Of a stretch of 64,000 nucleotides of DNA, positions 1-58,542 are shown one piece after another. The first letter of the stretch is position 1. Each line of letters opens with the position of its first letter. Source of the stretch: Chrysomallon squamiferum (lineage: Eukaryota; Animalia; Mollusca); the NCBI GenBank assembly GCA_012295275.1, contig CM022668.1:4712001-4776000 (forward strand), written 5' to 3'. Under the pieces are notes generated by a model. The model was not told the origin of the DNA. It did not search any database and saw only the letters and a program-made list of their open reading frames with translations. A program made the translations under genes and the position numbers.

Positions 1-223
1 GTGTTTGCAAAGCGATTTCATAAAAATCTACAAACACAATCCTTTAAAAGTTAAATTTTGTTATTTAATCATTTTTTTATATTTTTTGAAACTGCTATTA
101 CCAATCAGAATACACTATGGAATTATGAGAGTATACTGTCCAGTCAGTTACCTTTAAAATATATTATGAGAGACAACACGATGTATGAAATGGTTTCTGT
201 TTTATTAAAAATATTTATTTCAG

Positions 224-45396
<45,173 letters not shown>

Positions 45397-47584
45397 TAAT
45401 AATTTTTTTTTTTTTTTTTTAATTATGTTTATGAAATCACAGATTCATATTTTTCCGAACAAAAAAACCCAGTAATAATATAAAGTAGTATTTTAAAATT
45501 AAGTTTGTAAAATCTCCATTTTCAGTGAGTGTATTATATATGAGTAATTTATAAGAAGCAAAAGCATTTAATTAAAAGCCAGTAAAAATAATTAAAATGT
45601 TTTTAAAATTAAACTGAAAAGTTCTATATTATTTAGAATACCAGATGATCTCATTTTGAATACTATATGCATAAGATTTAAAAGCAGAAACCAAAGTTTT
45701 TAAAAGAAATACAGAAACCAAGAATATCAGTTATCAAAATGTTTTTTAATTTATCCATTTAAAGAATTCTGAATAGTGTGCAGATGTCATCTGAAAAAAC
45801 AAACAATGGTTTTAGGTGAAAAGAATGAAAAAAACAACAAGAAAAACCTATAATAATACAGTTTAAGTATCCCGTTATATGAAATCCATTAGACTGGATC
45901 CATTAGACCAGATCTGTTAGACTGGATCTGTTCCAGATTCTTTAATCAGAAAATATCACAGAATACATTTTGTTTCTTAGGCAACTCATTCACATAACAC
46001 GCAGATAGTTTGATATTATATTTTTGTACTATATATTTTTTTAAATACTTTTATTTTCTGAATTTCTAAATCTCTATTATTATTAATTTAATCATTTTAT
46101 TTTACATCAGTTTTTTAATGTGTTAGCAAATAAAACAAAGAAATGAAATAAAGTCGAAATCTAAATTCAGAATGCATTTATATTCCAATAGCAGTATATG
46201 CATTTAATCTCTAGGTTGTTTTGTGTGGGGTTTTTTTAACAATTTCTGCATGAGATAAAGTCTTAACCATACAAAAAATGTAAAATATTACCATTTTGTG
46301 TTGAGAAAAGGTATAAAATTTTACAGAGTTATTCAGTGATAGGATTGTTAACTGGTAATACAAAAATGTTTTGAATATTTATATACAACAATGATGGATT
46401 TTGAAGAATTTGTTTGTGATGTTAAAAAATGTTGAAACTCTGTAGATGTACAGTTTAAAGGAAACTGGTTTCAGAAGAAAAATAAAGACCAACAAAGACA
46501 ATAATCAAAATGTTTTGATATTTACTTACTAAAATGATAATGTTTTGAAGAGGTGTTTTTGGAAGAATTTCTTTTTTTTTTTTTTTTTTTTTTCTAATCA
46601 AATCAGTTTAGCAAGAGTAAAACCATTATTCAAAATAATAACAATTTTAAAAAAATAAAATAAAATATTTATAATTTATATTTACAGAAATGATGTGTTT
46701 TGAAGAATTTAATAATAATGATTATAATAAAAGTTTTTATTTTTTTATTTTTTTTTATTTTTTATATGTTGATATACAAGAATAATGTTAGTCTACACTT
46801 CTGTTTTATTAAACCAAACAAATCATTTTTGCTGAATTTATAAGACTATATTAATAATTATTTAATAATTTTATCTTTTATCAATGTTTAAATGTATTAG
46901 CAAATAATAAAACAATAAAAACAAACAAACAAAAAAAAATTAATAAAAAAAAAAAAATAATAATATCTGCAAAAATAATAAGAAGAAAACAATGAAATAA
47001 GATTATACATTTTTTAAATTTATTTCTGTGCCTTTCAGAATAATTTGGATGCCTTTTATTTAAGTTTAGAAATCTTACTTTATTATTCTGCTTTATTTTG
47101 TTTTATTTTGTCTTATTTTATTTATTTATTTATTTATTTATTTATTATTATTAATTAATTGACATTTTTGTTAGTATTATTGTTTTTCACAACTAACGCC
47201 TTAATTATATATAATTAAAATTAATGTAAAAAAAACAATTGTAATGTTCACCTTGAAGATTTTGTTAAATATATCAAATTTATATTTGATGTGTGTGTGT
47301 GTGTGTGTTTGTTATCTATATACTGTGATATATATATATATATTTTTTAAATAAAAAATCTAGGTTTTCAATTAATACAGTATTTGAAATATATATTTAT
47401 ATATACTCTGTAAGTTTGAAAATATCAGTGATCTTAAAATTCTCCAAAATTATATAAAATGATGACAAAATTTTAATGGTCTCATGCATTGAAAATAAAT
47501 ACAAAACATTGATAATAATAAAAAAAAAATTAATAATAAATGAAATAAATTATTTCCCAGAAGAGTGTGTGTGTGTGTGTGTGT

Positions 47585-47704
<120 letters not shown>

Positions 47705-48136
47705 CTTTGGGAGTAAACAGTCACAGGCATCTAAACAAGGCTTCTTTCCTTAAGCTTCCTAGACATAATATTACAAAAAGTAACTAAACATTACTAACAA
47801 CACTAATTTTATATTGTATTGCTATTTCTTAATTAACACTGTTATATTTACAATGTATGTCTGTCTGTGTGTGTGTGTGTGGCAGGGGTGGTTAGTGAAT
47901 GTTTCAAATTATAAGAAATATATTTGCAAAATATTTTATTTTTGTGATGTAGCTAGAAGTGGCTATATAGATGTTTATATTTTTTTGCCTAACATATCAG
48001 TATTGTATGTTTGACTGTGATAAAAACATTTTGTTTTTAATATCTGGTTTCACGCAGAATTATAAAAAATGTCATAAAATAATATTGTTTGGTTTTTGAT
48101 GTTTTTTTTCTTTCTTCTAAATAATAATAATATTAA

Positions 48137-48182
<46 letters not shown>

Positions 48183-48409
48183 TGTTTATTTATTTGTTTT
48201 ATGTTATTTTATTATATGCGATATATATTATTTTAGATGTTAGGATCGACAAGTTTTAAGCGCATCATTTTGTATGCGGGTTAGGGGGATAATTATTTGA
48301 ACTAAATTATTTATTTTCAGATTTAGCTATCAGTATAGTGATAATAAACGTGTAAATTCAGTAATGTATCATTTTAAGTAAGTAAATAGTTAAAAACATT
48401 CTAGCTTTT

Positions 48410-48470
48410 TAAGCCCGAGCAGAACGCATGCGCAAGTGATTGCAGACGATAGAGGCCGCCTGTCGCATGA
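48410..48470 (+). promoter_or_regulatory. CpG-rich promoter-like region with NRF1-type site ACGCATGCGCA (48424-48434)
   Basis: Near-consensus GCGCATGCGC palindrome, CpG enrichment, and a downstream donor gtaagt at 48569 suggesting a non-coding first exon. Confidence 0.5.
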
Positions 48471-48682
48471 GAATTAACAAACATAAATAAAGTTTGTTTG
48501 CTCTTTCCTTTAATCTATCACAAGTCAGGCCTGATTTTTTGAAAATGTTTTATTTCTACGGATAAATCGTAAGTGAATCAATATATGTATTCACTAAAAA
48601 TGTATCTGGAAGGAGTTTCGTCCCTTTCTGTTTCTGACGCATTTTGGGGAAAGTTTTACTTTTGTTAGCCAGGAAAATATAC

Positions 48683-48715
<33 letters not shown>

Positions 48716-49217
48716 ATAATAATAATAATAATAAAAATTTGTCATTTGAAGGGTTACAGTTTTTATAAACAATGTTATAAACTATATGTCTTCATATTTT
48801 TGGAAAATATATACTCGTAAAGTTCTGAAATAATGTATGAAAGTTATGAAAGGCCAAATAAATAAATAAATAAATAAATAAAAATTATATACTTAAAAAA
48901 ATAACGTAAAGTAATTGGGGTTACCTCCCATCTTCCCCCTCCCCCCGAAAAAAATAAAGAACACAGGACATATTAATCTAATTTGCGTCAACAATTCTGA
49001 TTAGTCAGTCTAATCGGAAACTTACGTACAACAGTACTACATCGTCAGCAGGATCCATTTGCGGGAGGCGACCTCTATCCTTTATCTAAAACAGGGTTTC
49101 CAAAAACAGAAAGAGGTAAAGATGTATTTTCGGGATCGTATAGAGGCTTCACAAATATACTTCTGCAAATTCTACATCTACATGTATATTTATGACCATA
49201 CCAGTACATCAAAGGTA

Positions 49218-49235
49218 TGACGTCAATTTACGTCA
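49218..49235. promoter_or_regulatory. Tandem CRE sites TGACGTCA and TTACGTCA
   Basis: One perfect and one variant CRE, 10 bp apart, 66-83 bp upstream of ATG 49301. Confidence 0.45.
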
Positions 49236-49300
49236 TAATCGCATGGCGTTATCAACATCATTGTTACTAAACTGACTGGGTGTAGTCGTAATTGTTAATA

Positions 49301-49359
49301 ATGCCAAAGAAACGGTTTTTGGCTCATTATCATATATCTCTTAATTTTACTCCAACAAG
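49301..49359 (+). CDS. Gene 2 exon 1 MPKKRFLAHYHISLNFTPT
   Basis: ATG / AAG|gtatgg, phase 2. Confidence 0.6.
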
Positions 49360-49593
49360 GTATGGTACTTTTACTGTCATTTTTTTTTTAGATACGTTAT
49401 AAATTTAATATTTTATGTTTCAGAAATGTACGGAAAATATTTAAACGTGAAAGCATTTCGTAATAAATATTTATTAGTAATTAACTATTTGTTAAGTCGG
49501 AATTACAACAAATATTTAATTCACATAATTATAACAAAATTCTCTGTGCCCATGAACTTTGGTTGTCCGAAATAATAATAATAATACTAATAC

Positions 49594-49659
<66 letters not shown>

Positions 49660-51303
49660 TGATGATGATGATGATGCTTTCGGTAACAATTCACTTTTAT
49701 TGTCCAGTAAAATATACTAAAATATATAATTAATACTTACTACGGCATCTGATCCTTCCTGAATAATGTACAACGAATCAGTTTCTTATTGTTGTTGTTG
49801 TTGTTGTTGTCGTTGTTGTTATTGCTGTTATTATCATTTTTGTTGTCATCGTCGTCATCGTTCTTGTTGTTTTTCACTATATATACAAGCATAAGTAGGT
49901 CGGTGTGCATTCAGACAGAGACGTAAATAAATATATATGTAACTGTTAATATGCAAGAAAAGGTGTAAGGTAGTTTTTTTATACCTGTTATTTATTTATT
50001 TATTTACTTATTTATTTATTGTTACTGTTGTCGTTGTTATTGTTATTAATATACATAGTTCATATTTACAAAGTGAAGTACGAGGGGAGAGAGACAGATA
50101 CAAAGATATGTAATTATTTAAATGTATACTGGGTTCATTGTATGTGTTTTTATATTTATCATTATTATTATTATTATTATTATTGTTATTATTATTATTA
50201 ATATTATCATTATCATGATTATTATTATTATTATTATCATCATTATCATTATCATTATATTATTATTATTATTATTATTATTCAGAGACACTGAACGGGT
50301 AGAGTTTTGTACTTCACACTACAAACGCAATGCATGTCTGGAACCGATTCAAAAAGTCACCAGATTTCAGAAATCTCTGCATGTGGAAGGTGGATCGACG
50401 TTTCGCATCCCCTCGGTATTCGCCTTCAAACCTCCGGACTTCGCAGCCTTTAGAAGCCCATCCAGCACGACTTGCCTGATCCAGCATCATTCTTCCGTCC
50501 GGTCCAAGTCGCTGGTGGCGCTGAAAGCCTCCCGTGCGATCGCTCTGCACATGCCGTCCAAGTGTCCGACTGTCCGTGAGTGTCTGCAGCGAGTGTGGTA
50601 CCGGGACGAGTGGGAGAACATCAGAAATCAGTCGTTCGTGTCTGAAAAGTCTTTGTCAGAAACCATCGACAGATCGTTGTCAGTCAGCATCGAAGAAAGG
50701 TGAACCAAGTTGTTAAGTCTAATACGCTGTAGACACTAGAGTTGTTAAACCAAACTCCAGTTCTGTACGCAATCAACACCAGTTATTTTGAACCAAACTC
50801 TAGTTCTGTACGCAGTAAACACCAGTTATTTTAAACCAAACTCTAGTTCTGTACGCAGTAAACACCAGTTATTTTAAACCAAACTCCAATTCTGTAGGCA
50901 TAAACACTAGAGTTGTTAAACCAAACTCTAATTCTGTATGCAATAAACACCAGAGTTGTTGAACCAAACTCTAATTCTGTACACAATAAACACCAGTTAT
51001 TTTAAACCAAACTCTTGTTCTGTACGCAGTAAACACCAGTTATTTTAAACCAAACTGTAATTCTGTACACAATAAATACTAGAGTTGTTAAACCAAACTC
51101 TAATTCTATGTAGACTGTGGACTATAACCATTAGCGTTGTTAGCAAAACATAAAGTCTTGTTTTATACACTGTAAACACAAGAGCTGTTAGTCAAAGTAC
51201 TCTGTAATTATGTAAGCAGTGAATACTTTAGTTATTAGTCAAACTAAACTCGAATTCTCTATACAATAAACACTAGTGTTGTTAGTCAGACTAAACTATA
51301 ATT

Positions 51304-51371
<68 letters not shown>

Positions 51372-51701
51372 ATTATTATTATTAATTTTATTTATTTATT
51401 TATTTATTTATTTATTGCAGTCTTATAAAACAGTACAGAAAAAATCATTTTACACCAGGTGATGCACTCGGCCAGGTGCTGAATATGACTCGAAGGTGCG
51501 TGTTTTTACACATGTTGATATCACTACTTACCTAGTTACAGGTAATGTCACTGCAGGTGTTAATATTACACAGGTGTCTGTATTTGTATGTATTAATGGA
51601 TGTGTAAATGCCTGTATGTATATGTAGGTATTTATTGATGTATATATTTATATATGTTTGTACGTACGTGTGTATCTTCATATGTATGTATGTATGTATA
51701 T

Positions 51702-51768
<67 letters not shown>

Positions 51769-52428
51769 ATTTAACTACCGATAAACATGTGTTGTATTGT
51801 TATCACTGTATTTATACATGTATCACATTGGTATTTCTGTGAATATTTTATACAGTGGATATAAATGTAATTATGTATATATAAATAGATATTTATTTAC
51901 CATATGACTCTCTCTCTCTCTCTCTCTCTCTCCATGTCTCTCTTAGAACTGATTAAATAAAAATATTTATTTATTTATTTATTTATTATTGAATTATCTA
52001 TTTATTTCCAGCGGAGCTCCCAAGATCTTTTTTTCAGAGCAAAATACTGCAGCTGATTCAGATTCAAGGTTTGTGATTAATACTTTTCTTTCTTTGATAT
52101 GTTCAAAAATACAACTACTTAGTATTATTATAAATACTGTTACGTCTACTGCTACTTCTGCTATAAAAGCTATTACTTCTTCTACTACTACTACTACTTG
52201 TATAATTGCTACTAGTACCATAATTTCTACTATTTTTACATTTACTACTACTATTTGCCACTATTTGAAAACAGCAGTGTGTTATTGTTTACTTCAGAAC
52301 CGAAGCATTTGTCAAATTCATCACCAAAGAACAACAGCAACAGCCATACTGTCCAAGAAGTAAGCCACAACCAAAACTGCAATAACAACTACTACTAGTG
52401 ATGCTGCTGCTACTATTACTACTACTAC

Positions 52429-52462
<34 letters not shown>

Positions 52463-53209
52463 ACTGGTATGAATGATGTTTGTATGTTGTTTTGTTTTGT
52501 TTTGTTTCTTCTTGTTTGTTTTTTGTGATGGTGGCACTACAATTAATAACAAGAAAAAAGTTAGTTGTATAATCAGCACAGGTTATGAAAGAAATACCAA
52601 GACATTTATTAAATCATGATAATCAATGGGGCAAGAATATTATCGTAAAAATCCAACAAGGGGCGTTTTTCCCCATTCTGACAACCCTGCACATCTGTTT
52701 TATTATTATTATTATTATTCTTATTATTATTATTATTATTTTTTGTTTTGTTATCAAATTAAAAGAAATTCCTAACTATACTCTTTTCAGAGATTTTTAT
52801 TTTTATTTTTTATTATTATTTTCCCAATGGGATTGTGGGTTTTTGTTTTTCTTATGTAGACAATGACACTATATATTTCTAATACTGCTTCTGCAACTAC
52901 TAATAACACTAGTAGTACTGCTACTATTAGTGTTACTTCTACCACTACCACTAATACTACTTCTAGCACTACTACTACATTTACATCTACTAGTACTACT
53001 CTTTATTTATTTATTTTTAATACGGATTATGTCGATATTTTTCTGTGGTTCTGCTAAGACAGAATAATGATGAATATAGAGGGGACTTCATGATTAATTT
53101 CTTTTTTCACTAACTATTGTTACTACTCCTACTACTTCTGTTACTACAACTATTTGTTATTATTCCCATCACCGCTACTACTACTTTTACTAACACCATC
53201 ACATTATGC

Positions 53210-53248
<39 letters not shown>

Positions 53249-54510
53249 TATTATTATTTATATTTATTATTATTGTTGTTGTTGTTGTTATTATTATTAT
53301 TATTATTATTGAAAGAAAAACGCAAGACAAAGCTGAAACAACCAGAGGTGTACGTTGACAAATCATTAAAGAGAGTTACCTTTAATCCGGAAATCTGCCA
53401 TTTCAAACCAGAAGAATTAAAATCGGAGACTGGAGACGTGAAAGAAAAGTGGCAGAGGTAAATATCGAAATTTCTTTTGAACGACATATTTAAAGTGTGT
53501 GTTTGGTTAATTCTGTATATTTCCAAACATTAAAAAATGTATTTAATTTCGTTATACATACTTATTTTCATAATTTTAACATAATTATTTTAATGAATTA
53601 TTCATTTATTGATTTATTTTATTATATTTTAATTGGTTTAATATAAATAATATTTTTAAAATTTTAATTTATCACTTTTTTTATCTTATTATATATTTAT
53701 TGTTATACTACTCACTCAGACAGTTTATAATTATTATATATATATATATGATTTGTTTTCCCATGAAGCCTCAATTTCATGCAGTGTGAAAGACCCAGGA
53801 TAATATTATCACCACGGAAAAAACAACCACCAAAACCGATTCAAATCATTGATGATTATTACCTGGATCGTAGTCTTGTGAGCTTTCATTTTTTTTATAC
53901 AAGCCAGTTTGTCCACATTTATTTTTTTTTTCCTAAGATTGATAATATGCCAAGTATTCATTTGGGAGTATGGCGATTTCTCCTGTAATTAAATTCCATT
54001 TCTAAGAATGTATGCCTATTATTAAATTTTTAATCTATGCCAACTGTAGAATTGTCTAAAAATAAAAATGCATACTATTCTAAGAAATCCATGGCTACAA
54101 CCAAATTGTATTTAAGAATCATTATCTACTCAGATGTGGGTTTTTTGTTTTTTTTTTTTTAATAAAAAATACCAAATAGTCTAAGAAACAGGACTTTTAA
54201 AAAAAATAAATAAATAAATAAAATAATATAAAATAAAATAAAATAAAATATAAAAATAGTATGTATAAAATTTCTGATTTTTGTTTTCTTTGGTCTTCAG
54301 ACTGTGGAATATTTACAGAAAATTCTAGAGACTACAGCTGCCAAAGACCCCGATATTTATCGTTACAGAGAAACAAAACGGCCCAAACATCGATTTCCTA
54401 CTTTGAAAGGGGTCATACAAGTAGCGGGCGAATCCAGAGACGTAAAAACAGCAAAAACTGCTTTAGATTTTCATGCATTTAAAGATCATGACAAATGTAT
54501 TTGTACCTAG
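49301..54510 (+). CDS. Uncharacterised ~375-aa protein, 8 coding exons
   Basis: Exons 49301-49359, 50286-50699, 51421-51495, 52012-52068, 52298-52359, 53316-53457, 53769-53877, 54301-54510 join in frame from ATG to TAG (1128 nt). No family recognised; the start exon is the least certain. Confidence 0.75.
50286..50699 (+). CDS. Gene 2 exon 2 DTERVEFC...SVSIEE
   Basis: ttcag / gtgaac, GC-rich, phase 2-2. Confidence 0.85.
50703..51300. repeat. 43-bp minisatellite (AACCAAACTCTAGTTCTGTACGCAGTAAACACCAGTTATTTTA)
   Basis: About 9 clear copies plus degenerate ones, beginning just after the 50700 donor. Confidence 0.9.
51421..51495 (+). CDS. Gene 2 exon 3 LIKQYRKNHFTPGDALGQVLNMTR
   Basis: tgcag / gtgcgt, phase 2-2. 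Confidence 0.8.
52012..52068 (+). CDS. Gene 2 exon 4 GAPKIFFSEQNTAADSDS
   Basis: tccag / gtttgt, phase 2-2. Confidence 0.75.
52298..52359 (+). CDS. Gene 2 exon 5 TEAFVKFITKEQQQQPYCPR
   Basis: ttcag / gtaagc, phase 2-1. Confidence 0.75.
53316..53457 (+). CDS. Gene 2 exon 6 KRKTKLKQ...KRVTF...KEKWQ
   Basis: gaaag / gtaaat, phase 1-2. Confidence 0.8.
53769..53877 (+). CDS. Gene 2 exon 7 LNFMQCERP...YLDRSL
   Basis: tgaag / gtgagc, phase 2-0. Confidence 0.75.
54301..54510 (+). CDS. Gene 2 terminal exon TVEYLQKIL...DKCICT*
   Basis: ttcag, phase 0, ends in TAG. Confidence 0.85.
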   Translation, partial: TVEYLQKILETTAAKDPDIYRYRETKRPKHRFPTLKGVIQVAGESRDVKTAKTALDFHAFKDHDKCICT

Positions 54511-55014
54511 TCAGACATTACTTTTTTTTTTAAAGAATTTATTATAGATGTCAAGTAGATGTGAAAATTCATTAATAGTTCATTTTTGTTAATTCTTGTT
54601 AATTTTGATTATTAAGAGATTTGAATACTTTTGTATAAACATTAAAAAAAAAAAGGCCTAGAACCATGACATTCATTTTTTTAAAATTTTTGATTTATTT
54701 ATTTTTTTTATATATTTTTTCACACTTCTGTGAAGGAGTATTTAAATATTAAAAAATTCAAAGTTATTAAAATATTATAAAATTGAAATTTCAGTTATTT
54801 ATTATTACAAATAATATTAGTAACATTCAATACCAGTAGTATATATTTATTTATTTATTATTATTATTATTCCAGTTACTACCCTACTGCTGGAATTAGT
54901 ATGACTTTTACCACCACTACTATATCAACAACTAAAACACAAACACAACTACTTCTATTACAGCACTGCTACCACTACCATTATTACTAAACATTACATA
55001 AGATACAAATATTT

Positions 55015-55270
55015 AGAAATTTAAAGACTACAGTGTCTTAACACAACTATAATTTTAATCTTCTTTGATGTCATCATACACATAAGTACTCTCTCAGTGA
55101 GAGGAAACCTACTGTTATCACTTGGGTTATCAATTAGTAGCAAAATGTATTCTGTTTGCACCTTCCCATTGACAGGATAACACATACCAAGACATTTTAT
55201 AAGCTTAGCTCTGGTTATAATGGGAATGTTACGAGTTTATACTGAGAACCCTTGAGATCTCAGCTGTACA
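55015..55270 (-). mobile_element. Degenerate SINE, same family as 10303-10585
   Basis: Minus strand reads GGTATGTGTTATCCTGTCAATGGGAAGGTGCA..TTGCTACTAAT..GGTTTCCTCTC. Confidence 0.55.
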
Positions 55271-55699
55271 CTGTAAATAGTAAACTATAACCCAAGTTGT
55301 TTTGAAATGTTTATTATAATTTTAACATAAATGCAGAAATAATAATTTAATATGTACATCTGTGACATTAAAAATAGAAGAAAAAAATGAAACACACACA
55401 CACAGTACATTAATAAATATAAAATAAAATAAACAATAAACAAATAAAGACAAATTTTGAAAAGTAATAATAATTTTAAAAACAGATCATGAATTAAAAA
55501 TAAATAACAACAAGTTATGAAAACAAACAACAAAAAGTAATACGACCAACAAAAGAAATATAAGAAAAGATTTCCTGAAATATCAAGATGAAATACTTTC
55601 AAAAATGAATGAAAAATTATGAAACAGGAAAATGTTTTCCGAGAAATGTGGGATAAAATTAAATGAAAAAGTCAAGCTGAACTGATTACAAGTGAGCTT

Positions 55700-58419
55700 G
55701 AACATTTCACAGGAGCTAAACTGTCTGTAAAAGAGCTAAATTGACTTCATAGGAACTAAAATGTTTACATACCAGGAAACATTAAACTGTCTTCATATTA
55801 TCTAAACTATCTTCATAAGACCTAAATTGTCTTCACAGGAGCAAAATTGTCTTAATATGATCTAAACTGTCTTCATAGGAGCTCCATTGTCTTTACATAA
55901 ACTAAACTGTGTTCATAGGAGCTACCATCTTCACAGAAGCTAAACTCTTCATAGGAGCTCCATTGTCTTTACATAAGCTAAACTGTGTTCATAGGAGCTA
56001 CCATCTTCACAGAAGCTAAATTCTTCATAGGAGCTACATTGTCTTCGTGGAAAACAAGTTGTCTTCATCAGAGCAAAACTGTCTTCATAGGAGTGAAAGA
56101 AGATTCGTGGGAACAAAACTCTTCACAGAAGCTGAATTGTGTTCACAGGAACAAAACTCTTCATGGGATCTAACCTGCCTTCACAGGGGCAAAACTGTCT
56201 TCATAGGAGAAAAAGTGTCTTCATAGGAGCTAAACTGTTTTCATAAGAGGTTAAATTGTCTTCACAGGAGCTAAATTACCTTGATAGGAGCTTAACTGTC
56301 TTCATAGGAGTTAAGTTAACTTCATAGGAGCAAAACTGTCTTCACAAGAGCTAAACTGTCTTCATAGGAGCAAAACTGTCTTCATTCGTGCTCCACTGTC
56401 TTTGAAGAAGCTAAATTGTGTTCATAGGAGCTAAACAGTCTTCATAAGAGTTAAGTTGCCTTCATAGGAACAAAATTGTCTTCATAGGAATTAAGTTGCC
56501 TTCATAGGAGCAAAATTGTCTTCATAGGAGAAATACTGTCTTCATAGGAGCTCAACTGTCTTCATATGAGCAAAACTGTCTTCATAGGAGCTCAACTGTC
56601 TTTACAGAAGGTAAATTGTCTTCACAGGAGATTAAATGTCTTCATACGAGCAAAACTGTCTTCGTAGGAGCAAAATTGCTTTCACAGTAGCTAAACTGTC
56701 TTCATAGGTTTTAAATTGTCTTCACTGGAGCTCCACTGTCTACAGATGGTAAATTGTCTTCATAGGAACAAAACTGTCTTCATAGGAGCTACACTGTCTT
56801 CATAGAAACAAAAACGTCTTCATAGGAGCTAAATTGTCTTCATAGGAACAAAAATGTCTTCATAGGAGCAAAACTGTCTTCGTAGGAGCTAAACTGTCTT
56901 CATAGGAGGAAAATTGTCTTCATAGGAGCTAAACTGTCTTCATAGGAGCTAAATTGTCTTCATAAGAGATTACATTGTCTTCACAGGAGCTAAGTTACCT
57001 TCATAGGAGCTAAATTGTCTTCATAGGAGCAAAACTGTCTTCATAGGAGCAAAACTGTCTTCATAGGAGGAAAATTGTCTTCATAGGAGGAAAATTGTCT
57101 TAATAGGAGCAAAACTGTCTTCATAAGAAATTACATTGTCTTCACAGTAGCTAAGTTATCTTCATAGGAGCTAAATTGTCTTCATAGGAGCAAAATTGTC
57201 TTCATAGGAGCAAAACTGTCTTCATAGGACGAAAATTGTCTTCATAGGAGCTAAACTGTCTTCATAGGAGCTAAATTGTCTTCATAAGAGATTACATTGT
57301 CTTCACAGGAGCTAAGTTACCTTCATAGGAGCTAAATTGTCTTCATAGGAGCAAAATTGTCTTCATAGGAGCAAAACTGTCTTCATAGGAGCAAAACTGT
57401 CTTCATAGGAGGAAAATTGTCTTCATAGGAGCTAAATTGTCTTCATAGGAGCAAAACTGTCTTCATAGGAGGAAAATTGTCTTAATAGGAGCAAAATTGT
57501 CTTCATAAGAGATTACATTGTCTTCACAGTAGCTAAGTTATCTTCATAGAAGTAAGTTGCCTTCATAGGAGCTAAATTGTCTTCATAGGAGTTAAATTGT
57601 CTTCGTAGGAGTAAATTGTCTTTGTAGGAGCTAAATTGTCTTCATAGGAGCACTAATGTCTTCATAGGAGCTACACTGTCTTCATAGGAGCAAAAACGTC
57701 TTCATAGGAGCAAAAATGTCTTCATGGGAGCTAAACTGTCTTCATAGGAGCTAAACTGTCTTCATAAGAACTACATGCTTTCATAGGAGCAAAATTGACT
57801 TCATTGGAGTTAAACTGCCTTTGAAGGAGCTAAATTGTCTTTATAGGAGCAAAACTGTTCACAGAACTAAACTGGCTTTCATAGGAGCAAAATTGTCTTC
57901 ATTGGAGCTCCACTGCCTTTGAAGAAGCTAAATTGTCTTCATAGGAGCAAAACTGTCTTCATAGGAACAAAACTGTCTTCATAGGAGTTAAATTATCTTC
58001 ATAGGAGTTAAACTGTCTTCACAGGAGCTAAGCTACCTTTATAGAAGCAAAACTTCACAGAACGAAACTGGCTTCATAAGAGTTAAGTTGCCATCATAGA
58101 AGCAAAACTGTCTTCACAGGAACTAAACTGTCTTCATAGGAACAAACCTGTCTTCATAGGAGCAAACCTGTCTTCATAGGAGCAAAACTGTCTTCACAGG
58201 AGCTAAATTGTGTTCACAGGAACAAAACTTCATAGCTAAACTGTCTTCATAGGAGCAAAACTGTCTTCACAGGAGCTAAATTGTGTTCACAGGAACAAAA
58301 CTTCATAGCTAAACTGTCTTCATAGGGGAAAAAAACTGTCTTCATAGGGGAAAAACTATCTTCACAGGGGAAAAAAACTGTCTTCATAGGGGAAAAACTG
58401 TCTTCACAGGAGCTAAACT
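55700..58419. repeat. ~20-bp minisatellite (GAGCTAAACTGTCTTCATAG), 2.7 kb
   Basis: About 130 copies with higher-order blocks near 56900-57550. Confidence 0.97.
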
Positions 58420-58542
58420 TTCATTAAGTAGTTTTTTCTTTCTCTGTGAGATCTGTCTCTGGTATTCCTCTAACAATTCTTCAGAAGGAAGACATGATTT
58501 TGGATGTTGTGCAACAATTTCACCAATCATACTAATGGAATT
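58384..58542 (-). CDS. C8orf48: C8orf48-like terminal exon NSISMIGE...LAPVKTVFPL*
   Basis: ttcag, phase 0; TGA at 58386-58384 lies inside the satellite. Confidence 0.8.
   Translation of the reverse strand, partial: NSISMIGEIVAQHPKSCLPSEELLEEYQRQISQRKKKLLNESLAPVKTVFPL

Noticed and set aside
45397-47400. Poly(A) signals for the WDR87-like gene
   Set aside because: AATAAA is too frequent in this AT-rich DNA to assign without transcript data.
49310-49330. RFLAHY in gene 2 versus CFLAHY in the C8orf48-like gene as a sign of paralogy
   Set aside because: Five-residue match with no surrounding similarity or shared exon phases.
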